Notes: a model not told the origin generated them from the sequence alone. A stretch of DNA of 64,000 nt from Octopus sinensis (GCF_006345805.1 NC_043006.1:10044001-10108000); one strand, 5' to 3'; shown: positions 1-13,485, numbered from the stretch's first letter. Made by a program: numbers and translations.

Positions 1-684
1 TTTTTCCTGTACGTCTCTCACTAATAAATCATTTATTTACTTTATTTACTTTATTTACTTTGAACTGAATATGAACTAACGATATACTTTTTAATATACT
101 TCTTCTTGATAATGTTTTATCTATTTACACAATGCTGCTTTCTTCAATATATTTCGGATTTGATTTCTATATTTTCATAGTACATATAACTGTTGGCAAA
201 TTGGGAAGGTTCCAAATAAGTTTATACAGAATCTATTTTAGATGATAATCTTTAAAAACAAATTCATTGAAGCAAATCATATATCTTTTACGTTCGTGAT
301 CTTATACAATAAAAATTAAAACAACTGTGTATTATATTTCACCTGGCGAACTTTTGTCGTTGTCCAATGCTATGTTTTGGTAAGACAGAAATTTTCTGAA
401 TTTGATGCTTTTTTTCTAAAATATATATTTCATAGTTGACTTGTATGTTGCTTCCATGTATGCAGTAAGTGTGTATACAATGTATATTTATGCACCAAAG
501 ACAAGGAATTTGTTATATATTAGTAGTATCTCTTGTTATTTAGTTGTCACAGCTCAGCTCTCATAGAGTAAGCATGTAACCACAGTTGTTACATCTGTGA
601 ATATCCCGTCTTGTCTTCGGATCTTGCGCATGAACGACCACGCTGATCAAACATATACCAACCTCTTAAGAAATTCAGGAACTT

Positions 685-1635
685 TTGGCTGCTATTTCTA
701 TGAAAAGGTTGATGAAATGAATCGAGCAGGAGATTAAGTTAAAATTGAAGTCCCTTGGTATCAAAAACATCGTTTCTGGGTGTGGTTTTGTTGCACGTCA
801 GCAAGACTTTTCTAGAAAAGAGAGTGTGGGACATGTGTGAGTCTTTAAGGTAAGTGTTCTTGTGGAAATAGAATGTGTCTAGTGGTACGATATGTATAGT
901 ATAACCTTTGCGATGATGGACGGTGATATATACATCTATGTTCCTTAGTGTGTTTTCATTCTTTTAAGTTTTGTTTAAATTCTTTGGTCATTTATGTATG
1001 CATGCGGTGCGTGTAGGGATATAATATTTGTGCGACCTTATATTAGGTGTAGTGGAAAAAATGCTTTTGGGTGGGTGTCCGCAGTGCTGGAGCGTGTGTG
1101 TTTTTTCTGGGTGAGTTAGTGTTTGTTCTGGTCAAATATATGCCGGATTTGCAGGTATTGGTGGGGGACCCAGGTATTATGGAGTCCAGCAAAGAGTTTC
1201 ACCAGATCATACACTAACGTTCCCACAAATAAACACACACGGCCCCGTACGACGGCCACCTACGCAATAGACTTTTCCATGACTGCCAATATTACCCCCG
1301 CACATATTATACCCCTACACACATCTCATCCATACATAAATGCCTCACGAATTTAACCAAAACACAAAAGAAAGGCAACACATTCACGAACATGCCCACA
1401 CCACCACCACCATACATGTAGTATCGCTACGCACATTCCATTTCCATAAGAAATCCAACCTTAATTAATACCCTCACTTCCCACACACTCTTTCCCAGAA
1501 GACTTTTTCCAACCTGCAACAACCTAACACCCCTCCCCCGTAAGAGATGATGCTGTTTTGATACCAAGGGACATAATTCTTAACTTGATTCCCTGCTCGA
1601 TTTGTTTCATCATCGTTTTCACGGCAACCACAAAC
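685..1635. repeat. Long imperfect inverted repeat (fold-back), arms ~450 bp, spacer ~40 bp
   Basis: ATCGAGCAGG..TCCCTTGGTATCAAAA (721-765) is the reverse complement of TTTTGATACCAAGGGA..CCTGCTCGAT (1556-1601). TTAGTGTTTGTTCTGGT (~1116) matches the reverse complement of ACCAGATCATACACTAA (~1201). Collinear matches run between these; identity is roughly 70% by eye. Confidence 0.8.
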
Positions 1636-1884
1636 CGGCTGTGTCTATTCACCTCCAACAATCGAGAGTAGTCACCATATTTCATTCCATAATGGCTTCT
1701 ATAAAGGGCAGAGATATATATAATCTAATATTTCGTTGTACCCTTAGTACACTTAGAGGTAAGATCGGCCGTTATGGACATATAATATTGTACACATCGA
1801 TAAATACATATATATGTGTGTTTGTATGTATGTATGTATGTATGTATTTATGAAAGTGTATATATGGATATATACCTTTTTACC

Positions 1885-2160
1885 TTCTACTTGTTTCAAT
1901 CATTTGACTGTGACCATGCTGGGGCACCGCCTTGGAAGTTTCCTTCGTGCAACAAATCGATCCCAGGACATGTTTTACAAGCCTAATACGCATTCTACTG
2001 GTATATTTAACCGCACGGCTCGATTAAGGTGACGTAAACACACGAACACATGTTGCCAATCGGTAGAGGAAGTAACACAGGTTCAAATACACACACGTAA
2101 ATATATACATATATAAATAGGGGCTTTTTCAGTTTCCACGTGCCAAATCTACCACAAACT
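1885..2160 (-). mobile_element. CORE-type tRNA SINE, degenerate 3' part
   Basis: TTTGACTGTGACCATGCTGGGGCACCGCC and later CAGTTTCCAC..CCAAATC match the better copies at 18921-19287 and 51691-52096. Confidence 0.75.
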
Positions 2161-3904
2161 ATCAGCCTTACTTTCTCTCCTTCCACCTCTCTCCTTCCTT
2201 ATCTCTCTATGCACTCACGTGTGTGTGTATGCGTGTGTGTCTAAACATATGTGTGTTTATGCATGGAGTTTCATATGTGCGTACTCGCACTTATCGTGTA
2301 CATAATCTTTAGGCATATATACAATTTAAGCACAATATAAATGGAATATAGACATTCTACTTGTATTCATAGACATAATGTTTAGCAATACGAGCCATGT
2401 CAGTGACATATGCACGCATATGTCTATTATGAGAAAAAAAAAGGATATTATATTTAAAGTAATACTTAGAGATGTACAAGCAGTAGTGAAATACTCTGTT
2501 TTCCCTCAAATTAAGGTTTACTTTTGATATTTTTCTTAGGGTTAATTTTTTTCTAACAGTCCTCTGTGTAAGTATATGTAGGTTATTTTTAAAATTCCAT
2601 GAATCTAGATATATATATATATAAGTGGACACTATATTGATCTTGCATTGACAATCTTGAATTTTGTTTAAAGCTTGCATCAGTGCAGTGGTTATAGTTT
2701 GCATGCGTGAAGGTTCCAGTTTCCCCAATGCACATAACATTAATATTATGCCTAAAACGTACGCTTGAGATTCAATGCGATGAGCACACTCTTTTTTATA
2801 TTTGAGTTTGTTAAATCTATGTTTTTAAAGCTGCTGGATTTGAAATGGTATCTGGTAAGGTTATTGTATAAATAATCTCTCTGGTTATTTTCATTCTAAG
2901 AGATATAACGAGAAGTAAACTGGTATTATGAGATACAACGAAGATAGATAGTAATAGTATTAGCCATTACGATATTTTAGCTATCCTCATATTACATCAT
3001 GTAAATTGATACAAAATATTGTTGTTTTCAGTTCGTAATCAGTTTTTTGGTTTTCAGTTTGATTATTTAATCTCGTTGACAGAAACTGCTGCATTAAATT
3101 TTGAAAGGATTATTATACTGTATACTGAGATACGAACGCTCATATAAATTCTGAATATCTATGGACCTGGAGATCCTATTTGAAACAAACAGAAAATAAT
3201 GCTTGTTTTATATGAAAAAGGAGCTAACGGGGAGTTAAAATATTACTGCTTTTAGCAATTCCAATTTTACTTCTAAATGTCAACAGACATGTTGCAAACT
3301 AAGCCATAAATAACACGACGGGAAAAAGTAAAACTAAGAAAAATATATATCTAGAAGTTTCGATGTCCGTAGGATTAATTTAAGTCTCTCATGAAATCTT
3401 TCACGATATAAATTCTCCTTTCATATTTATAGAGTAGTTGGTTTCTTTATGAGAACAGTTACATCCAACTTTACCCTCCCTTTATACATATCAATTTAAA
3501 GTAAAATAGCCTTGTATATATATTTATGCATACACACACAGATATATATATATAATATATATATATATATTATATATATATATATATAAATATATATACA
3601 CAGACACTTATATATATATATATATATATATATATTCATATGTGTTTGTCTGTGTATCTGCGTAAGTGCGCGCGTGTGATATTTCAGTAACACCAATTAA
3701 AAAAAAGAGGCAATAATACGACTGTATATATCTGGGAGAAGATTAGGGAAAACAAGAGTTAATGACTAATGACATGTGGATTTTAGAGCGATAGGAAAAT
3801 CCTGCTTAGATGGTTTCTATTTGATATTTTGTTTTCAGAATATCTAACCAGATATTAAACAAGTAATATAACATTACACTAAAAACAATATGAAGTAAAA
3901 AAAA

Positions 3905-4035
3905 AAATAATAATAATGATGATGGTGATGATGATAATAATAATAATAATAATAATAATGATAATAATAATAATAGTGACAATGATAATGATAATAATAA
4001 TAATAATAATATTATTAATAATAATAATAATAATA

Positions 4036-4082
<47 letters not shown>

Positions 4083-4098
4083 AATAATAATAATAATG

Positions 4099-4148
<50 letters not shown>

Positions 4149-4150
4149 AT
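3905..4150. repeat. Compound (ATA)n/(ATG)n trinucleotide microsatellite
   Basis: Directly visible; it produces the poly-I/M ORF 3916-4152. Confidence 0.97.
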
Positions 4151-5548
4151 AAGTCAGTACCGAAACTGTTTGCTATGTGATTCTCGTTCAGGCAGAATAT
4201 GCCCGGATCTATGTACACAGATATTAACAAAATATTGCAATGTAATAACTAGGCTTTACTACTACAGTGTAAACTGCCAGTATTTACTGTCGAACGTATA
4301 AAGAATAACAGAAAGTGGTAGGAATATGTGACCAAATATTAACTTTTTTTTTCATCGTTTCTTTTTTATTTTTGCTTAAGTATTCCACGAAAATGAAACT
4401 ACATCGTTGTAATTCTATAAGGCGAAAATCAATAAATAATGTCTTGCTTGAGTAAATTCGTTGTCAGCAGCTGAGAACATTATAGCTAAAGGGAGCAACA
4501 GAATGATTGTTGAAATATGACAGCGTCGGAATACTTTAGTCCGTTTAAGTAGGATTGAGAGGCCACTCGCAAGGAGGGTGTTGTGTAAACATACAAAGGA
4601 AAGTGGGCGACTGAGATATACAAATACTTTCATAAACACATAGACGCTCTCACATACACATTTTAAGGGTTATATGTATGTACATGTGCATTTGCTTGAG
4701 TGAATGTGTGTGAGGTGTGAGCTGCTTTTACGAACTATAGAAGGAAATTTTTAAATCACATCCAAAATTCTTATAAACGTTCACAGACAGGCGCACACAC
4801 AATCGCGTGTGCGCACTCTTATGCTTACTCAAACATATGTGTTTATACATGTAAGTATGTGTACGTACATGCATATGTAAGTATATTTCGATTACTCATA
4901 TACCGAGTGGATCATCTTGTATCAGACACTCTAGGAAAACAAATGCAAACTGTGAGAGCCATTTTTAAGATGTACATGCAGCTCGGCATGTGGCGGAGAA
5001 AGTTCACGGTGGTCGAATAGCTTTTTGGGTGAAAAATAGAAGTATCTAGAATTTGAATCGATGTGAACACGAAAATACTTAGGATCTGAGAGGCGGTTAT
5101 GACCGGACTCACCGGCTTTATCTAGAGATATTTCTGACTAAATTCACCATCTTTATACAGAGAAAGATATTTCTGAAAGATGGTGTTGATGTGGTAAACG
5201 CAGGACTGGATCGTTCAACTTACGAACTGTCAATTTATGTAACGTCAGATAGACAGTATTTCCGCGGCATTTTAAACTCTGTTCCTAAAGCCGATGTCTT
5301 TTGCAATGCAATGCTGCAATGATGGAGAAGATTCCAATTGTGTCAAATATGTTTGCGACGACTTTTTGTTATGTTGCCGACTCATGTATTACAATCACAA
5401 ATGGCACTACTCTTGCCTTTAGATTTCACATTCCCTTCACATATATTCTCGAGTCTGCACTTTCTGACGATTTTCTCTTTACCATTGAAGTAATGATCAC
5501 CTGGCAAGCTATATCGATAACGGCACATATCGTTACAGTATCTTTCTT

Positions 5549-5816
5549 CAGCTCTTCAATATTCTCCCGAAGGACCTGAGAGACCTGCATGGGGTGGATG
5601 CAGATGTCTTCAAAATAAAGTTGGGTCTCTTTCTGTCAGGTGTCCCTAATGAACCCACTTCACGGCAGGAGGTGCAGATGAGGGCAGCTGCATCAAACTC
5701 TCTCATGTACTAATTGTCATTTGCTAAAAAGCATTCGTGAAGTAAAATCATGTAGCAACACCGAATGGTGGTGCCCCAGCATGGCCATAGCTCGTGAACT
5801 GAAACTAGATGAAATG

Positions 5817-5820
<4 letters not shown>
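5549..5820 (+). mobile_element. CR1-clade LINE 3' terminal fragment (ORF2 C-terminus, 3' UTR and tail)
   Basis: Translates QLFNILPKDLRDLHGVDADVFKIKLGLFLSGVPNEPTSRQEVQMRAAASNSL, homologous to ALFNIVPRDIK..FKQSLDRFLQGIPDKP in the LINE at ~12 kb. It ends GGTGGTGCCCCAGCATGGCC..CTGAAACTAGATGAAATGAAAT. Confidence 0.85.
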
Positions 5821-5864
<44 letters not shown>

Positions 5865-5865
<1 letters not shown>

Positions 5866-6040
5866 CGCTAAATCCACAATGTTTTTATTCTGTTTGTCTA
5901 CTTCCTCGTGTTCCTTTCTGTAGAAGAGTTTAGGCTCGAAACATTAAGGGCTCTCTCACTTTCCCGATCGTCAAAATAATAAATCTGCTTTTTAATTATA
6001 CACCGGTCTTCGGTGTACAATTTATTACCCACAAGCATTC
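5865..6040 (+). repeat. Short interspersed repeat, probably Penelope-associated; second copy at 23380-23520 on the minus strand
   Basis: CTCGTGTTCCTTTCTG..AAGAG..GCTCGAAAC..CTCACTTTCCCGA matches the reverse complement of 23450-23515 (CTCGTGTTCGTTTC..AAGAGCGCAAGCTCGAAA..CTCACCTTCCCGAG). Confidence 0.65.
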
Positions 6041-8983
6041 TTTTGTAAATCTATATACGTATTTGTGCGTGCGCGTGTTTGTGTTTGTACGCACAAATAC
6101 ATCGAGAGAAATATATACACGAACAGTGAATCACACATCATAGGGAAAATGCCGAATAGTGTTAAACTATATACTAGTATGCCCAAGAATTTTTTGCAAA
6201 ATTATGCATACACTCATGTACGCACACATGCATCTATGTAACAAACTCTCCTTTTGTCTCTATACCCACTAGCGAACAACGTGTCTCTCTATAAACCTAA
6301 TTATTAATCTACCATTAATAATGAGAAATGTAACACAATTAAGAAATATCAATTATCATATAATAAAAATATCATAGTGTTACTAATAGTTTGTGATATT
6401 TATTCAGTCCAACCCAATTCTAAGGCATTAAACATAGAAGGCGCCTATAAGTATACATTTTAAAATATGAAAAGCGAAAAGTAATATTTTAAATAGAAGA
6501 TAAACATTTAAATATAAGACACATTAAAGTAAATTTGAATAGGATAGAAATAATGTCATATTTAAAAATATAGAGTACAGAATAACGTGAATGGGAATGT
6601 AAAAAATATCGTATAAATAGACGATTCTATAATAAAGAGAAAAGTAAAATATAAGTAAGCGATTTTAAATTGAATGAAAATCAAATTCAATATAAAGAAA
6701 TTGATTGGCATACATAACTCATCAGTTATACAATGTAAACTATAGAATATAACCGCAAAGGTACATATTCAAATATAAAAATGCAAGTAAAATTATAAAT
6801 AGAATATATGTAAGAAAAAATCGAAGAATATTAAAATAAAATATTATATAGAAAACAACATTATGTTAAAGTCAAAGAAGAAAAATATCTTCTAAGTATA
6901 TATGCTACATTAATAAGGAGAAAAGTAACACAGTTGAGAAATATCAAATTGACGGAAATTCATACTCAATTGTCTGGGAAGTAACCTTGGTTAAATATTT
7001 TGCATAGAAAAATGCTTTTAATTACACTGAGTGTGACATAAATGAACTAGTTTGATTGAAAAGATAGTGAAAAAGAGATAATGCAAAATGTATTTTAGAA
7101 ATCTGTGATCTAAAGATAAACTATAAAGAATATAGGACTGAGGTAAAGAAATGAAGAAAAGTAGAAAGAAAAAAAGTGATAAATTATCTTATGAAGAAAA
7201 CGGAGCTTATGGTTGAATACGGGATTCTAATAAAAGAAAAGCGTAACTCACGCTCTGAGATGTAAACGTAGTTAATAGATATTTTAAGGTATGGTCATCT
7301 ACTGAGATGACCTCGTATAAATTATTTGCAGTTCATAACAGCGAGAACCACGCTACACCAGAGTGCACATATCTCACTTAATGTTATTTACTTTCGCCTA
7401 TGTAATTATATACAATTTCAGATTTGAGGACGGAACGGTTTTTAAAACCATTATCTAGGACAGATTTGTAGAGGACACTGAACCGGTCTTCAGTCCCGCG
7501 TAATGGCATTTGCTTTACGACTGATAAAATTGTCAATAGGGTGATATGGGATGTATACATTATATATATATTTTCGCTAAAACAATTAATATTTTAATTC
7601 CACCTTAAGTTTATTTCATGGTTTTACATACAGAAAACTAAAATATGTATACTTAAATTGTTTGAGGATACTGAGTAAAAATTTTTCATCTCCCGACATA
7701 GCATACGTGACCCATTAAAATATCAATACAATTTCAGACGCAGAAATGTAGAATCAATCATTTGAATAACACTGGTTGTTTCATTAACACATCTATATCT
7801 AAATAACACTACTTAATCCCTTCACTATTTATGTATTATATTTTCTGAACTCTGACCTTCCGGATTTATTAGATTAACGCTATTTAAAGTAACTCAGTCT
7901 TTATGCATTTACTTAATGGAAATTCAGGAAAAATTGTTGGATGATATATGAACATTAATAAATACGCTATAAAGAAATTTTAAGTAATTAATGTAGATTG
8001 TATGATGCAGTAGTTACAGATTAACGTTGTTTTGCATATCACTATCGAACGTACTGGTCATTTAAAGCCAGGGCAGAAGTAGTGTCTTCTCTGGAAAAGG
8101 AGAAATGAGAGTGACCTCATGATATATTACAAAGACTTTAATATAAACATTGGGAATGAGTAAGGGAGTCTCTACTTGTAATATAGCATGTTTTATAACA
8201 TTATACTGCTGAACACCTCTCTCCATTATTTTAGTGACAAATGACGAATGAAATACGAGACAAGGTTAGACCTGAGACAATAAAGATTTGGAGCTCGTCC
8301 AAGTATGTACCATGAACAATATCACTCAAAATATATCTAAATATATATATCTCTAACACGTCTTCATTAACTTGCCTTGATATATTTCCTTGAGGACCCA
8401 TAGCATAATGTAAGTCTATCTATATTGTAATGATTTCTGGCTTTGCTCTTCCATAAATAGCAGTAGATAAAAAAGGTCATTGGTTTTGATGTTTCCTTAC
8501 AGAAGTACATACATATATTATTTGTATGATAAGTAACATGAAGTAAAATCTGTCTGAGTCAGCGACTCTCAAATTCGGTTTGATTTAGTAGTGAAAATAT
8601 ATGTAAATATTATTTTATTCTAGATATGTATATAGAAGTGTGTGTATATGGGTAGAGATATTCATAGACCGGGAGTGATAGATATATGAATGGATGGATG
8701 CATATGTATATACGCATATATTTGTAGGCACATATGCGTACATATATAGATGTATATATGCATGTATATATATATATATATATATATGCTCGTCTATACT
8801 CATTGGCCATTTGATTGAAAGTAAATATGTCATGTATTTATAACTCGAAGTGTGTAGAACTTACTATTTGTAAAGAATCAATAATTTTTCATAAAATGAA
8901 GTTGGTATTTATCATACAGCGTATACATACATACACACACACGCACACACCACACACACACACACCACACACACACACACATA

Positions 8984-9018
<35 letters not shown>

Positions 9019-9534
9019 GCGCTACTGCTGCTTTGCTTCACATCTATTTACATTTTCACCCTGTGACCGATTGTATTGCACTAAGAGCAAATGTTCAGTA
9101 GATAATAACTGCCATTTCAAGACTGAATTTCTATAACAATTCTAAACTGTTAAATACGCACCTAGACAGTAACTCACGCTTGTGCTCATGTGTGTAGATA
9201 TAGTGTATAGCGTAAATATGGAAAATATACTGAAAACAAATCTTTGCAAAAACCACATAATGTTCAAGTTCTTTAAAGAAAGTCTTAGTATTTTTAAAGT
9301 ACATTCATGAATTGTAGTATCTATTGACACAGCAGTAACTGATTTGGGAATTCCTTGTCTATCAGCATACATCTCTTACCAATGTCAGTAAAAAATTTGC
9401 GTTCGTACACCTTTATATATATATATATATATAATATATATATATATATAATATATATATATGTATATATATATGTGTGTGTGTGTGTACATATATATAT
9501 ACATACATATATATATATATATACATATATATGA

Positions 9535-9613
<79 letters not shown>

Positions 9614-9673
9614 TACATATATATTCATATATATGTAAATATATATACATAAGTATATATATATATATATACA

Positions 9674-12215
9674 TTTAAACCTCCCTCATGTGAACTGGCC
9701 CACAAATGCTCTACATCAGACAGAGCAGCAGCAGAACTGCTCTTTAATCTAATGGATGAATTCTTCCTAAGTCAGCTAGTGCTCGAACCAACGAGACGGA
9801 ATAAAACGGTCTTGGATCTGGTATTGACCAATCACTCTAGCTTCGTTCACAGTATTTCAGTTGGAAAAACTCTCCTCTCAGACCATGACATGGTACTCTG
9901 CAATGTTAATTCCCGACATATAAAAACCATACCAGCCAATCCCACTCCATGGCACTCATTTGATAACATAAACATCCACAAAGCGGACTGGAGCGCAATC
10001 AGAAAGGATCTGTCTTTCATAGACTGGTGTTTTACTCACAATTCCACCCATATTGAGACCGCATAGCAGAACTTTGAGAACAGTGTCACCCATACATGCT
10101 CTAAACACGCTCCCACAAAATCTACTAGCACAAACAGAAACCCGCTCCCTAAAAAGAAAACAAAACACTCATCAGGTACATCAAAAGACTCAATAAAAAA
10201 AATCAACGAATTAAAATATTCCCACATACAACATCCACATTCAACAACAATGAAAAGGCTAGAGCTGGAAAAACTTCATCTGCAGACCGATATGAAAACC
10301 TCCATTGAAAATCAAACAGCTGTGGAGGAACAGTGGATAATCAAAAACATAAAACCGAACCCAAAAGTGTTCTATTCTTATGCAAATAAGCATAGAACCA
10401 CTGTCTCACCCATTGGGCCATTGATTGATGATAACGGCATTCCCCAACACGATACTAAAGAAATGGCAGAAATACTGCAGAAACAATACTGCTCTGTCTT
10501 TAGTGTTCCCACTGATATTGACGTAAGAGAAGCGAACGAAGTTGATTCCCAACATAAAATCTCAGACATAACCTTCACTACCACCGACATCGTAGCAGCA
10601 ATAAATGAGGTCAACATTACTCTGCCGTAGACCCTGATAGATTCCCCGCTAGTCTCCTGAAGGAATGTAGACACCAACTTGCAGTCCCTCTGACCATCCT
10701 CTGGACAAATTCGTTAGACGCAGGTTATATACCAAAACAGTTTCTATCACAGTCAGTCATCCCGGTTTTCAAACAGGGAAACAGATCCCTCGCACTCAAC
10801 TATCGCCCAATCTCACTCACCTCCCACATCATTAAAGTGTTTGAAAGAGTGTTAAGATCAAGGATAGCTGACTTCCTGGAGACCCACAAACTCCTAAATG
10901 CAAATCAGCATGGCTTTCGCTGTGGCAGGGACTGTCTAATACAGCTCTTACAACACATTGAATGTATACTCAAAGCCTTGAGAACAGGTTCAAACTCTGA
11001 TGTCATATATCTTGACTTCAGTAAAGCGTTCGACAGGGTCGACCATAATATCCTACTCTCAAAATTGGCAAATGTTGGAATTCGTGGAAAAGTTCTACAC
11101 TGGATTAAGTATTTCCTGGCGAATATAACACAACATGTTGTAGTTGATGGAGTACACTCAAGCCCAGCAAAGGTTACCAGCGGTGTCCCCTAGGGGACTG
11201 TCTTGGGCCCGCTACTCTTTATAATTTACATAAACGACCTTTCCAGTGTCGTACATTACTGCAAAGTGAAAATATTTGCTGATGACACTAAGCTCCAGCA
11301 AATCGTCAATGAAGAAGCAGACCGAACTCAACTCCAGTCTGATTTATATGCTGTGAGTCAATGGGCAGACAGAAACAAAATGCAACTGAACGATGGAAAA
11401 TTTGAGCTGATACATTTTGGAAGAAATTCCTCACTAAAACAGCCATACTCTCTTCCTTCAGGGGAACCGCTCACAGCCTCTAACAATATCAGAGACCTGG
11501 GTGTAATTGTTGATGACGATCTCAGTTGGAGTGCACACATCAACAATAAGGTCGATATAGCTCGTAGGATGAGTTTCTGGATCTTAAAACTTTCCGGTCC
11601 AGAGAACAAGGTGTCATGATACCACTTTTCTCCTCCCACTGTTGTCTCCCCATACAAGACAAAACATCTCGAGGATTGAATCACCCCAGAGGGCACTCAC
11701 TAATTGAATTGAAGGCATGGCTGCTCTCGATTATTGGGATCGCCTTAAAGCCTTGAAACTCTACTCTCATCAGCGTCGCCATGAGCGGTACATCTTTTGT
11801 ACGATGTGGAGAATATACCGCAAACTTTGCCCAAACGACCTGAACATTAGCTTCAAGGTTCATCAAAGACTGGGACCACGGACCATACGTCCCCTGCCCA
11901 ATTCAAGATCACAGCATACTTGTACAATGCAACATAATTTCTTTTCCTCAACAGGCCCTGCCCTATTTAACATTGTCCCGAGGGACATCAAAGAGGAAAA
12001 GGATCCCATCAACTTTAAACAGAGTCTGGATAGATTCCTTCAAGGAATACCAGATAAGCCACCCATAATTGGATACAACTCACCCAACACAAACTCACTA
12101 CTTGAGTGTACCATAAACAAAACTTGACTTAAACAGGATTCAGATAATCCTATCAGGTGGTGCTATTAAGTAAGACATGGCCTGGACCAATCTTTGTCGA
12201 AACATATCTAAGTTA
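9674..12215 (+). mobile_element. 5'-truncated, decayed CR1-clade (CR1/L2/Jockey group) non-LTR retrotransposon ORF2: APE C-terminus plus reverse transcriptase
   Basis: APE motifs NLPHVNW, LEPTR..LDLVLTN and LSDH. RT motifs YRPISLTS, QHGFR, YLDFSKAFDRVDH, GVP*GTVLGPLLF..YIND and FADDTK. Several stops and frameshifts (TAG at 11191-11193). Ends in an (ATCTAAGTT)2 tail. Confidence 0.95.
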
Positions 12216-12266
12216 TCTAAGTTATATACATATAGATGAATATATATATATAATATATATATATAT

Positions 12267-12299
<33 letters not shown>

Positions 12300-12372
12300 C
12301 ACATATATGAATATATATAATATATATATATATATATATGAAAAAAAAATATATATATATACACATATATGA

Positions 12373-12403
<31 letters not shown>

Positions 12404-12491
12404 GAAAATATTTATATATATATATATATATTATATATATGTATATATAATATATATATGCATATATATATATACCTATATATACAAATAT

Positions 12492-12628
12492 ATAGGCGCA
12501 GGAGTGGCTTTATGGTTTTAGGTTCACTCCCACTGCGTGACACCTTGGGGAAATGCCTTCTACTATAGCTTTGGGCCGACCAAAGCTTTTTGAATGGACT
12601 TGGTAGAAGGAAACTGGAAGCACGTCGT
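12492..12628 (+). mobile_element. CORE-type tRNA SINE, 5' half (3' half at 14060-14250)
   Basis: ATAGGCGCAGGAGTGGC..GGTTCACTCCCACTGCGTGACACCTTGGG..GGCCGACCAAAGC matches the head and core of the copy at 51691-52096. Confidence 0.85.
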
Positions 12629-12960
12629 CACCATTAGAGCAAACTTCACCTGTGCATCAGAAAACTTAATTTACGTCTTAACATGCGCAGGCTGCAATAC
12701 GCAGTATATAGGCCATACAAAAAATAGCTTACGTAACAGGATGGCGGTGCATAAATCACAAATTAGAAACCCTGAAAACCGGAAAATACCGGTCAGCGGA
12801 CACATAGATAGATGTTCTGCAAATGTAAATCCGAAATTTACAACTTACCCACTTTACAAATTCAGTGACAGCATAACCTTCACGCAACGCCAAAATAAAG
12901 AACTTTATTTCATCAAAAAATTTAGACAAAGTTTGAACACCCTGGGCCAGGAATATTAAA
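12629..12960 (+). mobile_element. Penelope-like element (Neptune-type) GIY-YIG endonuclease fragment
   Basis: ORF 12594-12959 contains FTCASENLIYVLTCAGCNTQYIGHTKNSLRNRMAVHKSQI, which fits the PLE GIY-YIG pattern C-x-S-x-N-x-IY..C..C...YIG.T...L..R...H. Confidence 0.88.
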
Positions 12961-13194
12961 ACAAAACATTGGTCTTCCGAAAAAGAAAAACTAAATTCTA
13001 CCACAACCACTACGACTGGACCCACTCGCACTACTACTACAACCACCGTGGTCACTGTTGCTACGGCCACAGTGAGAGAATTAAAATAATGGATGTGGGG
13101 CGAATTACAATTTCTCAGATCCTTAAACAGTCACTCACGCTGGCAGTGGTATGTCTTAGGGAAGGAAAAATTTATAAAAAGATTTCTTTCTCTG

Positions 13195-13485
13195 CGAGCA
13201 GATCTAATTCTGATTCGTCAAAATATTGATGACGTTTTACCTCAGTGGTCAAGCTATTGTCACCCTGCTTGGTCGGTTTCCTCACAAGATACAGTTATGG
13301 GTCAGACCCGATTTGGATTCGTCAAAACATTGATGAGGTTTTTCTTCCGTGGTCAAACTACTCGTTCTGCTGGGCTAGCCACCTAACAGGATACAGTCAT
13401 GGGTCAGATCTAATTTCGATTAGTCAAACAATTGATGACGTTTTTCTTCCGTGGTCAAACTTGTCGTTCTGCTCCCATTGGAACA
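13195..13485 (+). repeat. Diverged tandem repeat, ~103-bp unit, ~2.8 copies
   Basis: CAGAT/C..GATT(C/A)GTCAAA..ATTGATGA.GTTTT..GTGGTCAA recurs at ~13200, ~13304 and ~13406. Confidence 0.9.

Noticed and set aside
1123-1356. ORF containing SYTNVP, similar to the Penelope RT motif SLYTNVP
   Set aside because: No other RT motif is nearby, and it lies within the fold-back arm; treated as chance.
2831-2854. Possible 24-nt micro-exon (TTTTTAAAG|...|GTAAGG)
   Set aside because: Good splice-like flanks, but no partner exons or recognisable peptide; such matches are expected by chance in 64 kb.
3735-3748. GAGAAGATTAG, a U6-like 11-mer
   Set aside because: Too short, and the flanks do not match U6.
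4900-5545. Relatively GC-rich, coding-looking block upstream of the CR1 fragment
   Set aside because: All six frames have stops or no recognisable motif; possibly an old repeat, but I cannot support a call.
6310-6950. ~44-bp direct repeat about 600 bp apart in an A-rich stretch
   Set aside because: Similarity does not extend, and the context is low complexity.
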